From Candidatus Pampinifervens sinense (lineage in GTDB: Bacteria > Aquificota > Aquificia > Aquificales > Aquificaceae): DNA of 64,000 bases. The notes beneath the pieces were generated by a model, which was not told the DNA's origin, made no database searches, and saw only the letters and a list, made by a program, of their open reading frames with translations. The DNA lies in NCBI GenBank assembly GCA_037927135.1, contig JAXSPP010000008.1, positions 1 through 64,000 of the forward strand. Direction: 5' to 3'. Position numbers and translations under genes: made by a program. Below, in pieces: positions 1 to 9,719 of the stretch (its first letter is position 1; each line of letters starts with the position of its first letter).

Positions 1-587
1 GTGGTTCAAGCGATGGAGACTACGTTTGGTATATAGACCCCCTTGACGGCACTAAAAACTACATAGCAGGCTTTCCCATCTTTGGCACTTCTGTGGGCCT
101 TCTTTACAAAGGAAAGCCCCTTGTGGGGGCTGTTTATCTTCCTGCCTTTGATAGCCTCTACTGGGCTGCCGAAGGCCATGGTGCCTACAAAAACGGAAAG
201 AGAATAAGTGTTAGGCAGAAGGAAAAACTAAAAGAATGTTATGTGGCCTACGGCTATCCTTCAAGGGCCAAAAGAGACCTAAATGCCTACTGGAACATAT
301 TCAAAGAGGTCTTTGATAAAGTAGGAGCCATGAGAAGGCCGGGTGCGGCCGCCGTAGACCTTTGCCTTTTGGCCGAAGGTGTCTTTGATGGTCTCTTGGA
401 GTTTGAACTAAACCCTTGGGATGTGGTAGCTGGAACGCTTATAGCAAAGGAGGCAGGAGCAAAGGTAGCCCTTAGCAAAGGCTTTTCTTTGGGGACAGAT
501 GTTTATGCTGGCAACGAGATTTGCTTTCCCTTTATAGAAAAGGTGATTAAATTAAACCTTGAGGAGTTTCATGAGCTTGTTTTTTGA
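1..587 (+). CDS. suhB: Inositol monophosphatase family protein (5'-truncated by window edge)
   Basis: Frame is open from base 3: GSSDGDYVWYIDPLDGTKNY (IMPase DPxDGT motif), then GAAAVDLC and PWDVVAG. Confidence 0.9.
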   Translation, partial: GSSDGDYVWYIDPLDGTKNYIAGFPIFGTSVGLLYKGKPLVGAVYLPAFDSLYWAAEGHGAYKNGKRISVRQKEKLKECYVAYGYPSRAKRDLNAYWNIFKEVFDKVGAMRRPGAAAVDLCLLAEGVFDGLLEFELNPWDVVAGTLIAKEAGAKVALSKGFSLGTDVYAGNEICFPFIEKVIKLNLEEFHELVF

Positions 588-611
588 ATACAAGAAAGGG
601 GGAATAGGGAC

Positions 612-1490
612 ATGAGATTTCTTGTACCAGTGGATTTTACCGAGATAACAAACCCGCTTTTGAGGATTGTTAAAGCCTTTGCTCAAGCCCACAGTGCGGA
701 AGTGGACCTACTCCATGTGGTCTCCCCAGTCTTATACCTTCCCTACCCAGAGAGCTTTGGCATGGCCACCGTTGATATGAGCCTTTTGGCAGAGCTCCAA
801 GAGAGGCAAAAGGAGAAGGCAAAGGAAAAACTTGAAGGCCTAGCAGAATTTTTAAAGCCATTAAAAGTAGGCCTTTATGTAGAAGTAGGGGACCCAGCGG
901 AGGTAATTTTAGAAAAGGAAAGTGCCTATGACCTTATCTTTTTGGGAAGCCATAAAAAGGGCCTTGTGCAAAGGATACTCATAGGCTCCACTACAGAAAA
1001 GGTGGTAAAGTATTCTCACAAGCCCGTTTTTATACTAAAGGGTAGAGAGCCAGAAAAAATAAGCAATGTGCTTATAGGTTATGATTTTTCTGAGTATGCC
1101 AACAAGGCCTTAAGCTTTGCCCTAAACCTTCTAAAGCCCTTTAGCCCTCGTATCTTTTTGATCCATGTAGAAGAGACCATAGAGCTTCCTCTAGTGGAGG
1201 GCATAAGGGATGTTTTGAGTCAAAGGTATAGGGAAGAGAAGGAAAGGCACATAAAGGAATTGGAAGGGAAGATAAAAGAAGAAGGCTTTGAAGTAGAGTC
1301 TTACATTCTTGAGGATAGGTCTCCCGCCGATGGCATAAAGAGGTTTTTAAAGGAAAGGCCCCATATGGACCTTGTGGTCCTTGGAAGCAGAGGCCTCTCT
1401 GGACTAAAGAGGGTCCTCCTTGGAAGCACCTCCTCCGAGCTTATGAGAAGCTTAGAGATACCCATGCTTATACACAGGAGCTTAGAATGA
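612..1490 (+). CDS. Tandem-domain universal stress protein (UspA family)
   Basis: Two USP repeats: LVPVDF...GSHKKG...IGSTTEKVV and IGYDFS...GSRGLSG...LGSTSSELM. Confidence 0.9.
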   Translation: MRFLVPVDFTEITNPLLRIVKAFAQAHSAEVDLLHVVSPVLYLPYPESFGMATVDMSLLAELQERQKEKAKEKLEGLAEFLKPLKVGLYVEVGDPAEVILEKESAYDLIFLGSHKKGLVQRILIGSTTEKVVKYSHKPVFILKGREPEKISNVLIGYDFSEYANKALSFALNLLKPFSPRIFLIHVEETIELPLVEGIRDVLSQRYREEKERHIKELEGKIKEEGFEVESYILEDRSPADGIKRFLKERPHMDLVVLGSRGLSGLKRVLLGSTSSELMRSLEIPMLIHRSLE

Positions 1491-3121
1491 GACATTTTTT
1501 TATAACACTATTTTTTGGCATAGCCTTCTCTTACAGCCCTTATATGGATTATATACTTTGCAGAGACCTCCAAGAGAAACAGCCATCAAAGGCCGAAAGC
1601 TACTGTCTTAGAGCCCTTGAGAGGGCACCCACACCTTCCCTCTATGTGGATGTGGTAAGGCTTGAAATGAGGTTAAAAAAGCATGAAAAGGCCTTGAAGA
1701 TAGCCAACGAGTTTAAAAACAAATACCCTAACATACCAGAACCCTATCTTTTGCTTCACAGCCTATATATGTCCCAAAAGGAGCCTGAAAAGGCACTAAA
1801 GGTGCTTGAAGAAGGCTACTCCAAAAATCCAGAATCTAAGGAGATTATGGTCTTTTTGGCAGAGGACTATCTAAAAAGGAAAGATTTTGTAAAGGCAAAG
1901 GCTGTTTTGGAAAACCTTGCCAAGCTTAGTCCAGACAATCCACTACCCTATTTTATGCTTGCCCGTATAGCCCTATCGGAAGGAAAACAGCAGGAAGCTA
2001 TAGAATACCTTGAGAAGTCCTTAAAGATAAACACAAGCTTTGAAGCAAGCTTTATAACCCTTGGTAGCCTTTATGAACAAAGGGGAGAGTATTCCAAAGC
2101 GGAAAGCCTCTATAAGGATATTCTCAAAAGGGACCCAGACAACAGAAGTGCCCTTGAAAGGCTTGGCAACCTATACCTTATAACCAACAGGTATGAGGAG
2201 GCAAAGGAAATATACAAAAGGCTTGCAGACCTATACCCAGACGGAAACTACCTCTATCAATACAGCCTTGTGCTAATAAGGTCTGGAAACACATCAGAGG
2301 CAAAGGAGATATTGGAGAGGCTATACAAAGAAAATCCAGAAAACCCAGACATAGCCTACACATACGCCACCTTGCTTGAAGTGTTAAAAGAACAAGACAA
2401 GGCCCTTGAGGTCTATTTAAACCTACAAAAAAAGCTTGGCAACAATCCAAAGATCGTTGAAAGGCTTGCCAGCATATACATAGACAAAAAGGAATACAAA
2501 AAGGCGGAAGAATTATTAAAGATAGGCCTGTCTGTAGAACCAAACAGCTATATGCTAAACCTTCTTATGGGAAGCCTTTTGAATGAAAAGGAAGATTATG
2601 ACGAGGCACTAAAGTATATAAACAGAGCCATAGACCTAAATCCAAAGGACTACAGGGGCTATTTTCTGAGGGCTATAGTTCATGACAAAAAGGGGGAGAT
2701 CCTTTCTGCCGAGAAGGACCTAAGGAAAGCCCTTGAATTGAACCCAGAGGACCCAGACCTTTTAAACCATCTTGGCTATTCTTTGCTTTTGTGGTATGAA
2801 GGGGCAAGGCTTGATGAGGCAGAGATGCTAATAAAAAAGGCTTTGGAAAAGGATCCAGAAAACCCAGCCTTCATAGACAGTATGGCATGGGTGCTTTATT
2901 ACAAGGGTGAGTATAAAAAGGCCTATGAGCTACTTTTGAAGGCCCTTGAAAAGGAAAGGGAAGATCCAGTCCTCTATGAGCATATGGGTGATGTGCTTTC
3001 AAAATTGGGACAAGAGGATAAAGCGCAAGAATATTACCAAAAGGCCTATAGGCTTCTTCTTGAAGGCAAAAGAGGTGAGCCAAACCAGAAGGAAAGGCTT
3101 AAGAACAAGCTAAAAAGGTAG
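1487..3121 (+). CDS. Secreted multi-TPR protein
   Basis: Signal peptide, many TPR helices, C-terminal LNHLGYSL...DPENPAFIDSMAW signature. Confidence 0.85.
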   Translation: MRHFFITLFFGIAFSYSPYMDYILCRDLQEKQPSKAESYCLRALERAPTPSLYVDVVRLEMRLKKHEKALKIANEFKNKYPNIPEPYLLLHSLYMSQKEPEKALKVLEEGYSKNPESKEIMVFLAEDYLKRKDFVKAKAVLENLAKLSPDNPLPYFMLARIALSEGKQQEAIEYLEKSLKINTSFEASFITLGSLYEQRGEYSKAESLYKDILKRDPDNRSALERLGNLYLITNRYEEAKEIYKRLADLYPDGNYLYQYSLVLIRSGNTSEAKEILERLYKENPENPDIAYTYATLLEVLKEQDKALEVYLNLQKKLGNNPKIVERLASIYIDKKEYKKAEELLKIGLSVEPNSYMLNLLMGSLLNEKEDYDEALKYINRAIDLNPKDYRGYFLRAIVHDKKGEILSAEKDLRKALELNPEDPDLLNHLGYSLLLWYEGARLDEAEMLIKKALEKDPENPAFIDSMAWVLYYKGEYKKAYELLLKALEKEREDPVLYEHMGDVLSKLGQEDKAQEYYQKAYRLLLEGKRGEPNQKERLKNKLKR

Positions 3122-3964
3122 ATGCTATTCCGTTGGTTTTTTTGGAGGTTTTTGAGGCTTTCTCTTTTGATATGTGCACTTTTTACTTTTATCTTCCTTA
3201 TATTTCAGATAATAAAGCTTGATCAAGTGTTGTTTAGATTACCTCTTAACGAATCTCTTCCCTTTCTTCTGCTTTGGTTTTTTTACTATTTCTCATACAT
3301 GCTTCCACTTTCCTTTTTTATAGCCTTTTCTCTTAGCCTTTTTGAGTTCAAAGAGAGTAAAAAACTACATATAATCCAATCTTTTGGTGTAATGCCAAGC
3401 TATTTTTATACAAAGACTGTAATATATCTGTTCCCAATTCTACTAGCCTTAGTGTTAAGCTCCATTCTAATAAACGAAGACCACATAGGTTATCTCAGGA
3501 GACAGCTAACAATTAAGTATTACACTATTATGCTAACTTCACTATCACCAAAAAGCTTTCAAACCTTTGGGCAGTTTACCCTTTATGTGGAAAGAAAGGA
3601 GGGAAATAAGCTTGAAGGGATCTTTTTTAAGTTCCAAGAGGGTGTTGTTGTCGCTAAAAAGGCTTATGTAAAAGGTGAGGAAATTATTTTTGAAAAGGGT
3701 TCCCTCCTTACCCAAAGGGAAGGCAAGACCTTTTCTACGGACTTTGAAAATTATAGTCTAAACCTTAAGATGGTTATGCCAAAGGAAGATATCAAAAAGA
3801 GGTATACAGTCAACGTGATAAACGCTCTTTCTCCCTTGATTCTTTTGGCGGTAGCATACCTACTTGTCAAACTCCTTGAACACCATCACACACTCTATTA
3901 CACTGTAGGCTTTATATCCATCCTTTACGAGCTTCTCCTTTTCCTGTTAAAACAGAGGATTTAG
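3122..3964 (+). CDS. LptF/LptG-family LPS export permease (short)
   Basis: Three N-terminal TM helices with LPLSFFIA and E..IIQSFG-like segment, beta-rich periplasmic part, C-terminal TMs. Confidence 0.7.
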   Translation: MLFRWFFWRFLRLSLLICALFTFIFLIFQIIKLDQVLFRLPLNESLPFLLLWFFYYFSYMLPLSFFIAFSLSLFEFKESKKLHIIQSFGVMPSYFYTKTVIYLFPILLALVLSSILINEDHIGYLRRQLTIKYYTIMLTSLSPKSFQTFGQFTLYVERKEGNKLEGIFFKFQEGVVVAKKAYVKGEEIIFEKGSLLTQREGKTFSTDFENYSLNLKMVMPKEDIKKRYTVNVINALSPLILLAVAYLLVKLLEHHHTLYYTVGFISILYELLLFLLKQRI

Positions 3965-4034
3965 TTTTTAATCAAATTTTCATAATTGATGAGCTACCAT
4001 ATAAATTGAATAAAAACTTTAAGGAGGTGGAATC

Positions 4035-4256
4035 ATGAAGAAGGTACTTTCCTTGCTACTTGCAGTAGCCTTTGCAGGTGCTGCCATGGCAGAGCAGGCA
4101 AAGCCCGCTGAGCCTGCAAAGCCAGCCGAGCCAGCAAAGCAAGAGCAAAAGCAGGAGCAAAAGAAGGAAGAGAAGAAGGCTCCAAAGAAAGCTCATAAGA
4201 AGGAGCATAAGAAAGAAGAAAAGAAAGAGCAAGCTCCTGCAGAGCAAAAGAAGTAA
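4035..4256 (+). CDS. Small secreted low-complexity Lys/Glu/Ala/Pro-rich protein
   Basis: Strong SD AAGGAGGT, Sec signal ending AMA, AKPAEP repeats, downstream hairpin. Confidence 0.8.
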   Translation: MKKVLSLLLAVAFAGAAMAEQAKPAEPAKPAEPAKQEQKQEQKKEEKKAPKKAHKKEHKKEEKKEQAPAEQKK

Positions 4257-4265
4257 GCATCTTAT

Positions 4266-4281
4266 GGGGGCTTTTGCCCCC
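4266..4281. terminator. Hairpin terminator between convergent genes
   Basis: GGGGGC-TTTT-GCCCCC followed by TACCTTTTT. Confidence 0.75.
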
Positions 4282-5033
4282 TACCTTTTTAAAACCCTTT
4301 TGAGCAAGTATCTATCACCTTCAATCTTTTCAAGCCTTGCAGAGGCGGAACCTATAACAAACTTAAGATCCATTCTAACTGGCACATTAGTTTCTTCATC
4401 AATCCATAAATACCATAGCCCCTTTGGTTTTAAAAGACCTTTTGTCTCAATGTTTGGATAAACTTCTACCTTCCTTGCCTTGAACTCACCTAAAGGTGTC
4501 TCTATGATCTCTATGCCCTTTACACTGTAGGGCAAAAGGTATTCTTTGTCATCGTAGAACATCTTTACCGTGCCTTGGCTTGTCTTTGAGCTGTCCCTGT
4601 AAAGTATTAGGCTTGCAGTGTATGGGTCTACAAAACCTCTATATTCATACTCCTTTTCCTCTTTTTTTTCTATTTCATCGCTTAGCTTTACATATTTTAT
4701 CTCTTTTACCTTTATCTTATGGTTAAAGATGTACTCCTGATACCTTTTGAACTCTCCTTCCTCTTGGTAATATACAAAATGCTTTGGCTTTAGATCGGGC
4801 AATATTATAGTGGCTCCACCTCTGTTGTAAACCCTCTTTACAAGCTTTCCTATGTTTATGGTCCTTACAAAGCTCTCTGCTTTGATCTGGTTATTCTCTT
4901 GTTTGTAAGTTATACATGTCTCCGCTACTGGAAAGAGAAGAAAATAAGCTCTGTAGCATGCCTTTAGCTCTTGGGAAAAAGAAAGGGAAAAAAGGCCTAA
5001 AAAGACTGCAAATGTTTTAACTGCTCTATCCAT
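4281..5033 (-). CDS. Exported DUF3108-like protein
   Basis: Signal peptide; DPYTASL, IETPLGEFKA, LWIDEETNVPVRM motifs. Confidence 0.65.
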   Translation of the reverse strand: MDRAVKTFAVFLGLFSLSFSQELKACYRAYFLLFPVAETCITYKQENNQIKAESFVRTINIGKLVKRVYNRGGATIILPDLKPKHFVYYQEEGEFKRYQEYIFNHKIKVKEIKYVKLSDEIEKKEEKEYEYRGFVDPYTASLILYRDSSKTSQGTVKMFYDDKEYLLPYSVKGIEIIETPLGEFKARKVEVYPNIETKGLLKPKGLWYLWIDEETNVPVRMDLKFVIGSASARLEKIEGDRYLLKRVLKR

Positions 5034-5320
5034 GACCTGAACTCTTCTGCCATACTAGGATGGTTGTATTTTAAGGCCTTTTCTATTCCCTCTTGAAGTA
5101 TCTCTATGGCCTTTTCATACTCTCCCAGTTCCTCATAGCACTTTGCCAGAACTCTATAGCCTGCTCCTTCATCCTCCTTTAAACTCATATACCTTTCCAT
5201 ATGCTTTATAGTGTTCTCGTAATCCTTTAGTTTGTAGTACTCAAGGGCCAAGGAGTAGTGGACAAGTGGGTTATCTGGTGATTTTTCCAAAAGGCTCTTG
5301 AAGTATTCAAGCCTGTCCAT
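4997..5320 (-). CDS. Small TPR protein
   Basis: PDNPLVHYSLALEY and AGYRVLAKCYEELG TPR units. Confidence 0.85.
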   Translation of the reverse strand: MDRLEYFKSLLEKSPDNPLVHYSLALEYYKLKDYENTIKHMERYMSLKEDEGAGYRVLAKCYEELGEYEKAIEILQEGIEKALKYNHPSMAEEFRSWIEQLKHLQSF

Positions 5321-5981
5321 TTTCTCTCCTCATCTTTTCATAAGCCGAGATTACATAGCCAAGAAAGCTGTTTTCTGGCTGTGCACCCACAAACTCAACA
5401 AGCCCTTTATTTATAACTATCTTTGGCACACCTACCACTTGGAACCTTTCTGCCAAATCCATGTTTTCGTTGGCATCTACGATGATAGCCTTTATGTTAT
5501 CGTTTGCAAGGGCAAAGTTCATGGCCGTTATGGCGGCTGAAGGACAATATCCACAGGATGTGGTCACGAAGACCATTATCTCTATGGGTAGGTCTATGGA
5601 CCTTAACATTTCTACAGTTTTTTCTGAAAGCTTAGGTTCTCTTTTAGAGACCTGCACTATGCCCTGCACGAGGGTAGTAAATTCAAGGCCGGCAGGAAGG
5701 CCAATATACCTTATGCCGTAATCCTTTTCACCTTCTATAACTATGGTGGGAACCCTTTCAATCTGATAGGCTTGACTTATCTCCCTCTCTATAAGGGGTG
5801 AGTAGACTTCCAGCTTTATCTTTTCGGGCTCTAGGCTTGCCACTTCTTTCAAAAGGTCTTCGGCTATCTGACAGCTATCGCACCCTATTGCTTGAGAAAA
5901 GAGCTTTAGATTTACAGGATGCACAAGCTCTTTGGAGAAAATATCCTTCAGTTGAGTCCTTACCTCAAGGCTCAAAAGCAT
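5307..5981 (-). CDS. Protein disulfide oxidoreductase (PDO, two thioredoxin folds)
   Basis: CDSC and CGYC motifs, RVPT, GLPAGLEFTTL, VVGVPK. Confidence 0.9.
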   Translation of the reverse strand: MLLSLEVRTQLKDIFSKELVHPVNLKLFSQAIGCDSCQIAEDLLKEVASLEPEKIKLEVYSPLIEREISQAYQIERVPTIVIEGEKDYGIRYIGLPAGLEFTTLVQGIVQVSKREPKLSEKTVEMLRSIDLPIEIMVFVTTSCGYCPSAAITAMNFALANDNIKAIIVDANENMDLAERFQVVGVPKIVINKGLVEFVGAQPENSFLGYVISAYEKMRRENGQA

Positions 5982-6085
5982 CTTTTACCTCCTTAGAGTT
6001 TTATTATATTCTTAAAATTTAAGCCGTCTATGTAAAAATTCTTTACGACAACTCATGTGAAAGGATTATAATTTTTTCCTTGATA

Positions 6086-6775
6086 ATGGAATTCAAAAAA
6101 GCCATCATCACAGGAGGAAGTAGGGGGATAGGTAGGGCCATAGTGGAAAGGCTCCTAAGGGAAGGTTGGGAGGTGTGCACATGTTCAAGAAAGGAAGAAG
6201 ACCTAGTAAAGCTAAAGTATGATCTTGGCAATCCTGAGTGGCTTTATATAAAGGCTTGTGATGTGGGAGACAGGAGGTCTGCAAAGGAATTTGTAGATTA
6301 CTGCGTGGAAAAACTAAAGAAAATAGACCTTCTTGTTAACAACGCCAGTATCCTTGGAGAAAGGTTATCTATAGAAGACTACCCTGAAGAAGTGTGGGAG
6401 GAGGTCATAAGGGTGAATATAAACGGTGTCTTTTATATAACCAAGTATGTCCTCCCTTACATGTTTGAAGGTTCTGTGATAGTAAACATGTCTTCCGGTG
6501 CAGGCAAGAGGCCAGCTCCCTATTGGGGAGCCTATGCGGTTTCCAAGTTTGGTGTAGAGGGCTTTAGCCTACTTTTGGCGGAGGAGTTAAAGGAGAGGGG
6601 TATTAGGGTCTATGCTCTAAACCCAGGCGCTACAAGAACCCAGATGAGGGCAAAGGCCTACCCACAAGAGGATCCAAATACCTTGAAACCTCCAGAAGAG
6701 GTGGCGGATTTTTTACTTAAACTTATAACTTCTAAGGCACCAAGCGGCTCCTATGACTATGATGCCAATTTATGA
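6086..6775 (+). CDS. Short-chain dehydrogenase/reductase (YciK-like)
   Basis: TGGSRGIG, NNAS, YAVSK, NPGATRTQMRAKAYPQED. Confidence 0.9.
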   Translation: MEFKKAIITGGSRGIGRAIVERLLREGWEVCTCSRKEEDLVKLKYDLGNPEWLYIKACDVGDRRSAKEFVDYCVEKLKKIDLLVNNASILGERLSIEDYPEEVWEEVIRVNINGVFYITKYVLPYMFEGSVIVNMSSGAGKRPAPYWGAYAVSKFGVEGFSLLLAEELKERGIRVYALNPGATRTQMRAKAYPQEDPNTLKPPEEVADFLLKLITSKAPSGSYDYDANL

Positions 6776-6785
6776 TAATATCATA
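6771..6785. promoter_or_regulatory. 7-1-7 inverted repeat, candidate operator
   Basis: TATGATA-A-TATCATA ending 8 nt before ATG 6794. Confidence 0.35.
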
Positions 6786-6793
6786 TTTCAAAG

Positions 6794-9719
6794 ATGCAAA
6801 GATACATAAGTATAGGCCTTTTACTTTGGGGAGGTATCATCACTCTATTTACTTACCTTCTTAGGGACCAGCTTGTCCTTGACAGAACCACCTTTGCCTT
6901 TTGGATAGCCTTGTTGCGTATAACTTCTTTTTTCTTCCTTCTCTTCATGGCCATTTTACTTATAGCCTTAGGCAAAAGGTTTATAAGCAAGAGATTTTAT
7001 TGGTTTGGCCTATTCCTTGTTCCCTCCTTGATCCCAGACCTATATCACATACTGTCCTTCGTCTTTTTCCCAGACTTTATAACCAAAAACACAAGGGACA
7101 AGGTTGCCTATCTTTTTTTACTTTCAAGGAGTCTTGTGCTTTTAGCCTTCTTCATTTTGACCTTTTATCACAAGATCAACGGATGGCTAACTGCCAAAAG
7201 CTATGGCCTTGTATTGGCCCTTTCCATAATAGCCTCCTTCTATATAGTTCTCTTCTATAACACACTTCCACCTCTTTACATTGAAGGTATAGGACAGCCC
7301 ATTTATAGGGATTTCTGCGACATTGTAAGTGTGACCCTATGTGTGTATCTTGCCTTCTATGTGATAAGGAACAAGTTTCTTGGAGAGGAAAGCTCCTGGT
7401 ATACCTTTACAGTTCTTGGCTTTCTGTCCCTTTCTTCCCTTAGCTTAGCCCTCTATAAACATTTTTACGATCCTCTAATTGTGCTTGCCTCTCTGCATAG
7501 GCTCATTGCCTATATCCTCCTTCTTTATGTGATTCTCTACATCAACATCAGGAAAGAAGCCATTGACATTATGACCGAAGTAGCTGGCCTCCTTAGGGAT
7601 ATACTAAGACTAAAGCCCATGAGAGAAGGAGATCTTTACCTTTTGAAGCTTGAGCACAGCTTTAGATACCTGATAAAAGCCCTTTTCCTTTATGACTTGG
7701 AAAAGAATAGACCTGTGGCTGTTGTTTATGGTCCAGAAAAGGTAGAGGTACCAGGAATTGACCTAAGTAGCACTAAGAAGCTGGTTAGAGAGCTTGGAGG
7801 CCAGTATTTTCACAAAGAAGCCCATTATAACCTGTATGAAAACTACCTTATTGTAAGCCTTTTGAGGACTTTTCCAGAAGGTCCCTTGGCCAAGCTATAT
7901 GTTCTTAACACGGAGAGGACCATACTTGGATACCTTCTAAATTGGATAAACTTTGATAAGCTTATAGAGGAGAAAACAAAAGAGCTCCAAAGGTTATACC
8001 TTCTTTTGGAGACCTCTAAGTATGCCACCCAGGCTTACAACAACATAGACACCTTCTCAAAGCAGGTGATTGAAAGGCTTGACTATGTTCTTGGTATGGA
8101 TGGAAGCTTTTTCTACATGTGGAATAGAAATTCGGAACTGGTAGAAAGGATAGTATTCTCCAGTAGCTTTTTGGCAAACTTTCCAGACTTAAGAACTTAT
8201 GAGCTTCTAAAAGAGGTAATGGAAAGCCCCGAAGCCTTTGGAATGGGCAAGAATTACATGTACTGTAAGTTTGAAAGCGATCACTATCAATCTGGTATTG
8301 TGGGCCTGAGAAGGGAAAGGGGCTTTGACAAAGAAGAGCTTCTCTTTTTCAAAACGGTGGGCAATCAGCTTTTCCATGTGGTAAAGCTTATGAAGGTTAT
8401 AGAGGACCTTCAGAAAGCTCAAGCAAGCGTAAGATTCCTCACCGAGTACGATCCTCTTACCATGCTTTATAACAGAAAAAGCTTTGAGAAGATCCTTGAA
8501 AAGGAAATAGAAAGGGCAAACAGGTCTGGTGAGCCTTTATGCCTTCTCTTTATGGACGTGGATAACCTAAGAGTTATAAACAACACCTACGGGTACTTTG
8601 CGGGAGACATGGTTCTAAGACATACCGCGGAGCTCTTAAGGAGAAAGACTAGGAAGTTTGATATAATTGGCAGGCTTGGTGCTGACGAATTTGGTATAAT
8701 CCTTCCAAGAACGAATAAGCATACTGCAGAGCTAATTGCGGAAAGACTAAGGCAAGAGATCGCAAATACGCCTCTTTCAGTTGGAGAGGATAAGATACAT
8801 ATAAGCCTGAGTGTGGGTATAGTGTGCTATCCTTTGGATGCTGAAAGAAAGGAAGAGATATTAGCCCTTGGCGAGGCCCTCATAGCTCTCATAAAGAGGG
8901 AAGGTAAGGGCAAGGTAAAGAAGGTGGAAGAGCATGTAAGCAAGATGCTTCCAGCTCTTAGAAAGATTGAGAAGGAGATATTAGAGGCCTTTGAAAAAAG
9001 GTCTGTTGAAGTCTTCTTCCAAGAGATACTCAACCTGCATACCAAAAGTGTAGAAGGTTTTGAAGCTCTTATGAGAATTTATGCAGATGGCAGTTTTCTA
9101 CCTGCGGGAGATTTTGTACAAAGGGCGGAGGAGATGGGGGTAATACGTGAGCTGGATAGGGTAATGGCGGAGAAAGTCTTTGAAAGGGTGTCTACCTTGA
9201 ATACCAAAGATTTTTACCTCTTTATAAACCTCTCTCCACAAAACCTTACGGAGGATTATATGATAATGGATAATAGATACAGTAAGAAACCATGGCATAA
9301 GGCCAGGCATGGTAGTATTTGAAATAACGGAAAGGGAAGCCATACAGGATATAGTGGAGGTTGGCAATTTTATAAAAGGCATGAAAGAATTTGGCTTTAA
9401 GTTTGCCATTGATGACTTTGGTTCAGGCTATGCAAGCTTCCTCTATCTTAAATACCTGCAGATAGACTTTCTCAAGATTGAAGGTGAGTTTATAAAAAGT
9501 ATAAAGAGTTCCTTTGTGGATAGAAGCTTTGTCAAAAGCATTGTGGATATTGCCAAGGCACTAGGCATTAGGACCATAGCGGAGCACGTAGAGGATGAAG
9601 AAACGCTTAATATACTCCTTGAGCTTGGAGTGGACTATGCACAGGGCTATTACATTGGCAGGCCCGCACCCATGGAAGAAAAGATCAAGGCTTACTTCTC
9701 CAAAGGAACAGACCAATAA
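6794..9719 (+). pseudogene. MASE3-GAF-like-GGDEF-EAL c-di-GMP enzyme, frameshifted near 9266 (ORFs 6794-9322 and 9309-9719)
   Basis: MASE3-like TM region (PDLYHILSF), RKFD...GADEF, EAL...INLSP in the first frame; WIIDTVRNHGIRPGMVVFEITE...DDFGSG...AEHVE...QGY in the next frame from 9267. Confidence 0.8.

Noticed and set aside
1104-1117. Apparent excess of AAGGCCTT/AAGCTT palindromes (also 1688, 30002, 51127, 51674) as a HIP1-like repeat
   Set aside because: Those I read in frame are AAG-GCC-TTN (Lys-Ala-Leu/Phe), so codon preference could explain them; a codon-shuffled k-mer test would be needed before claiming more
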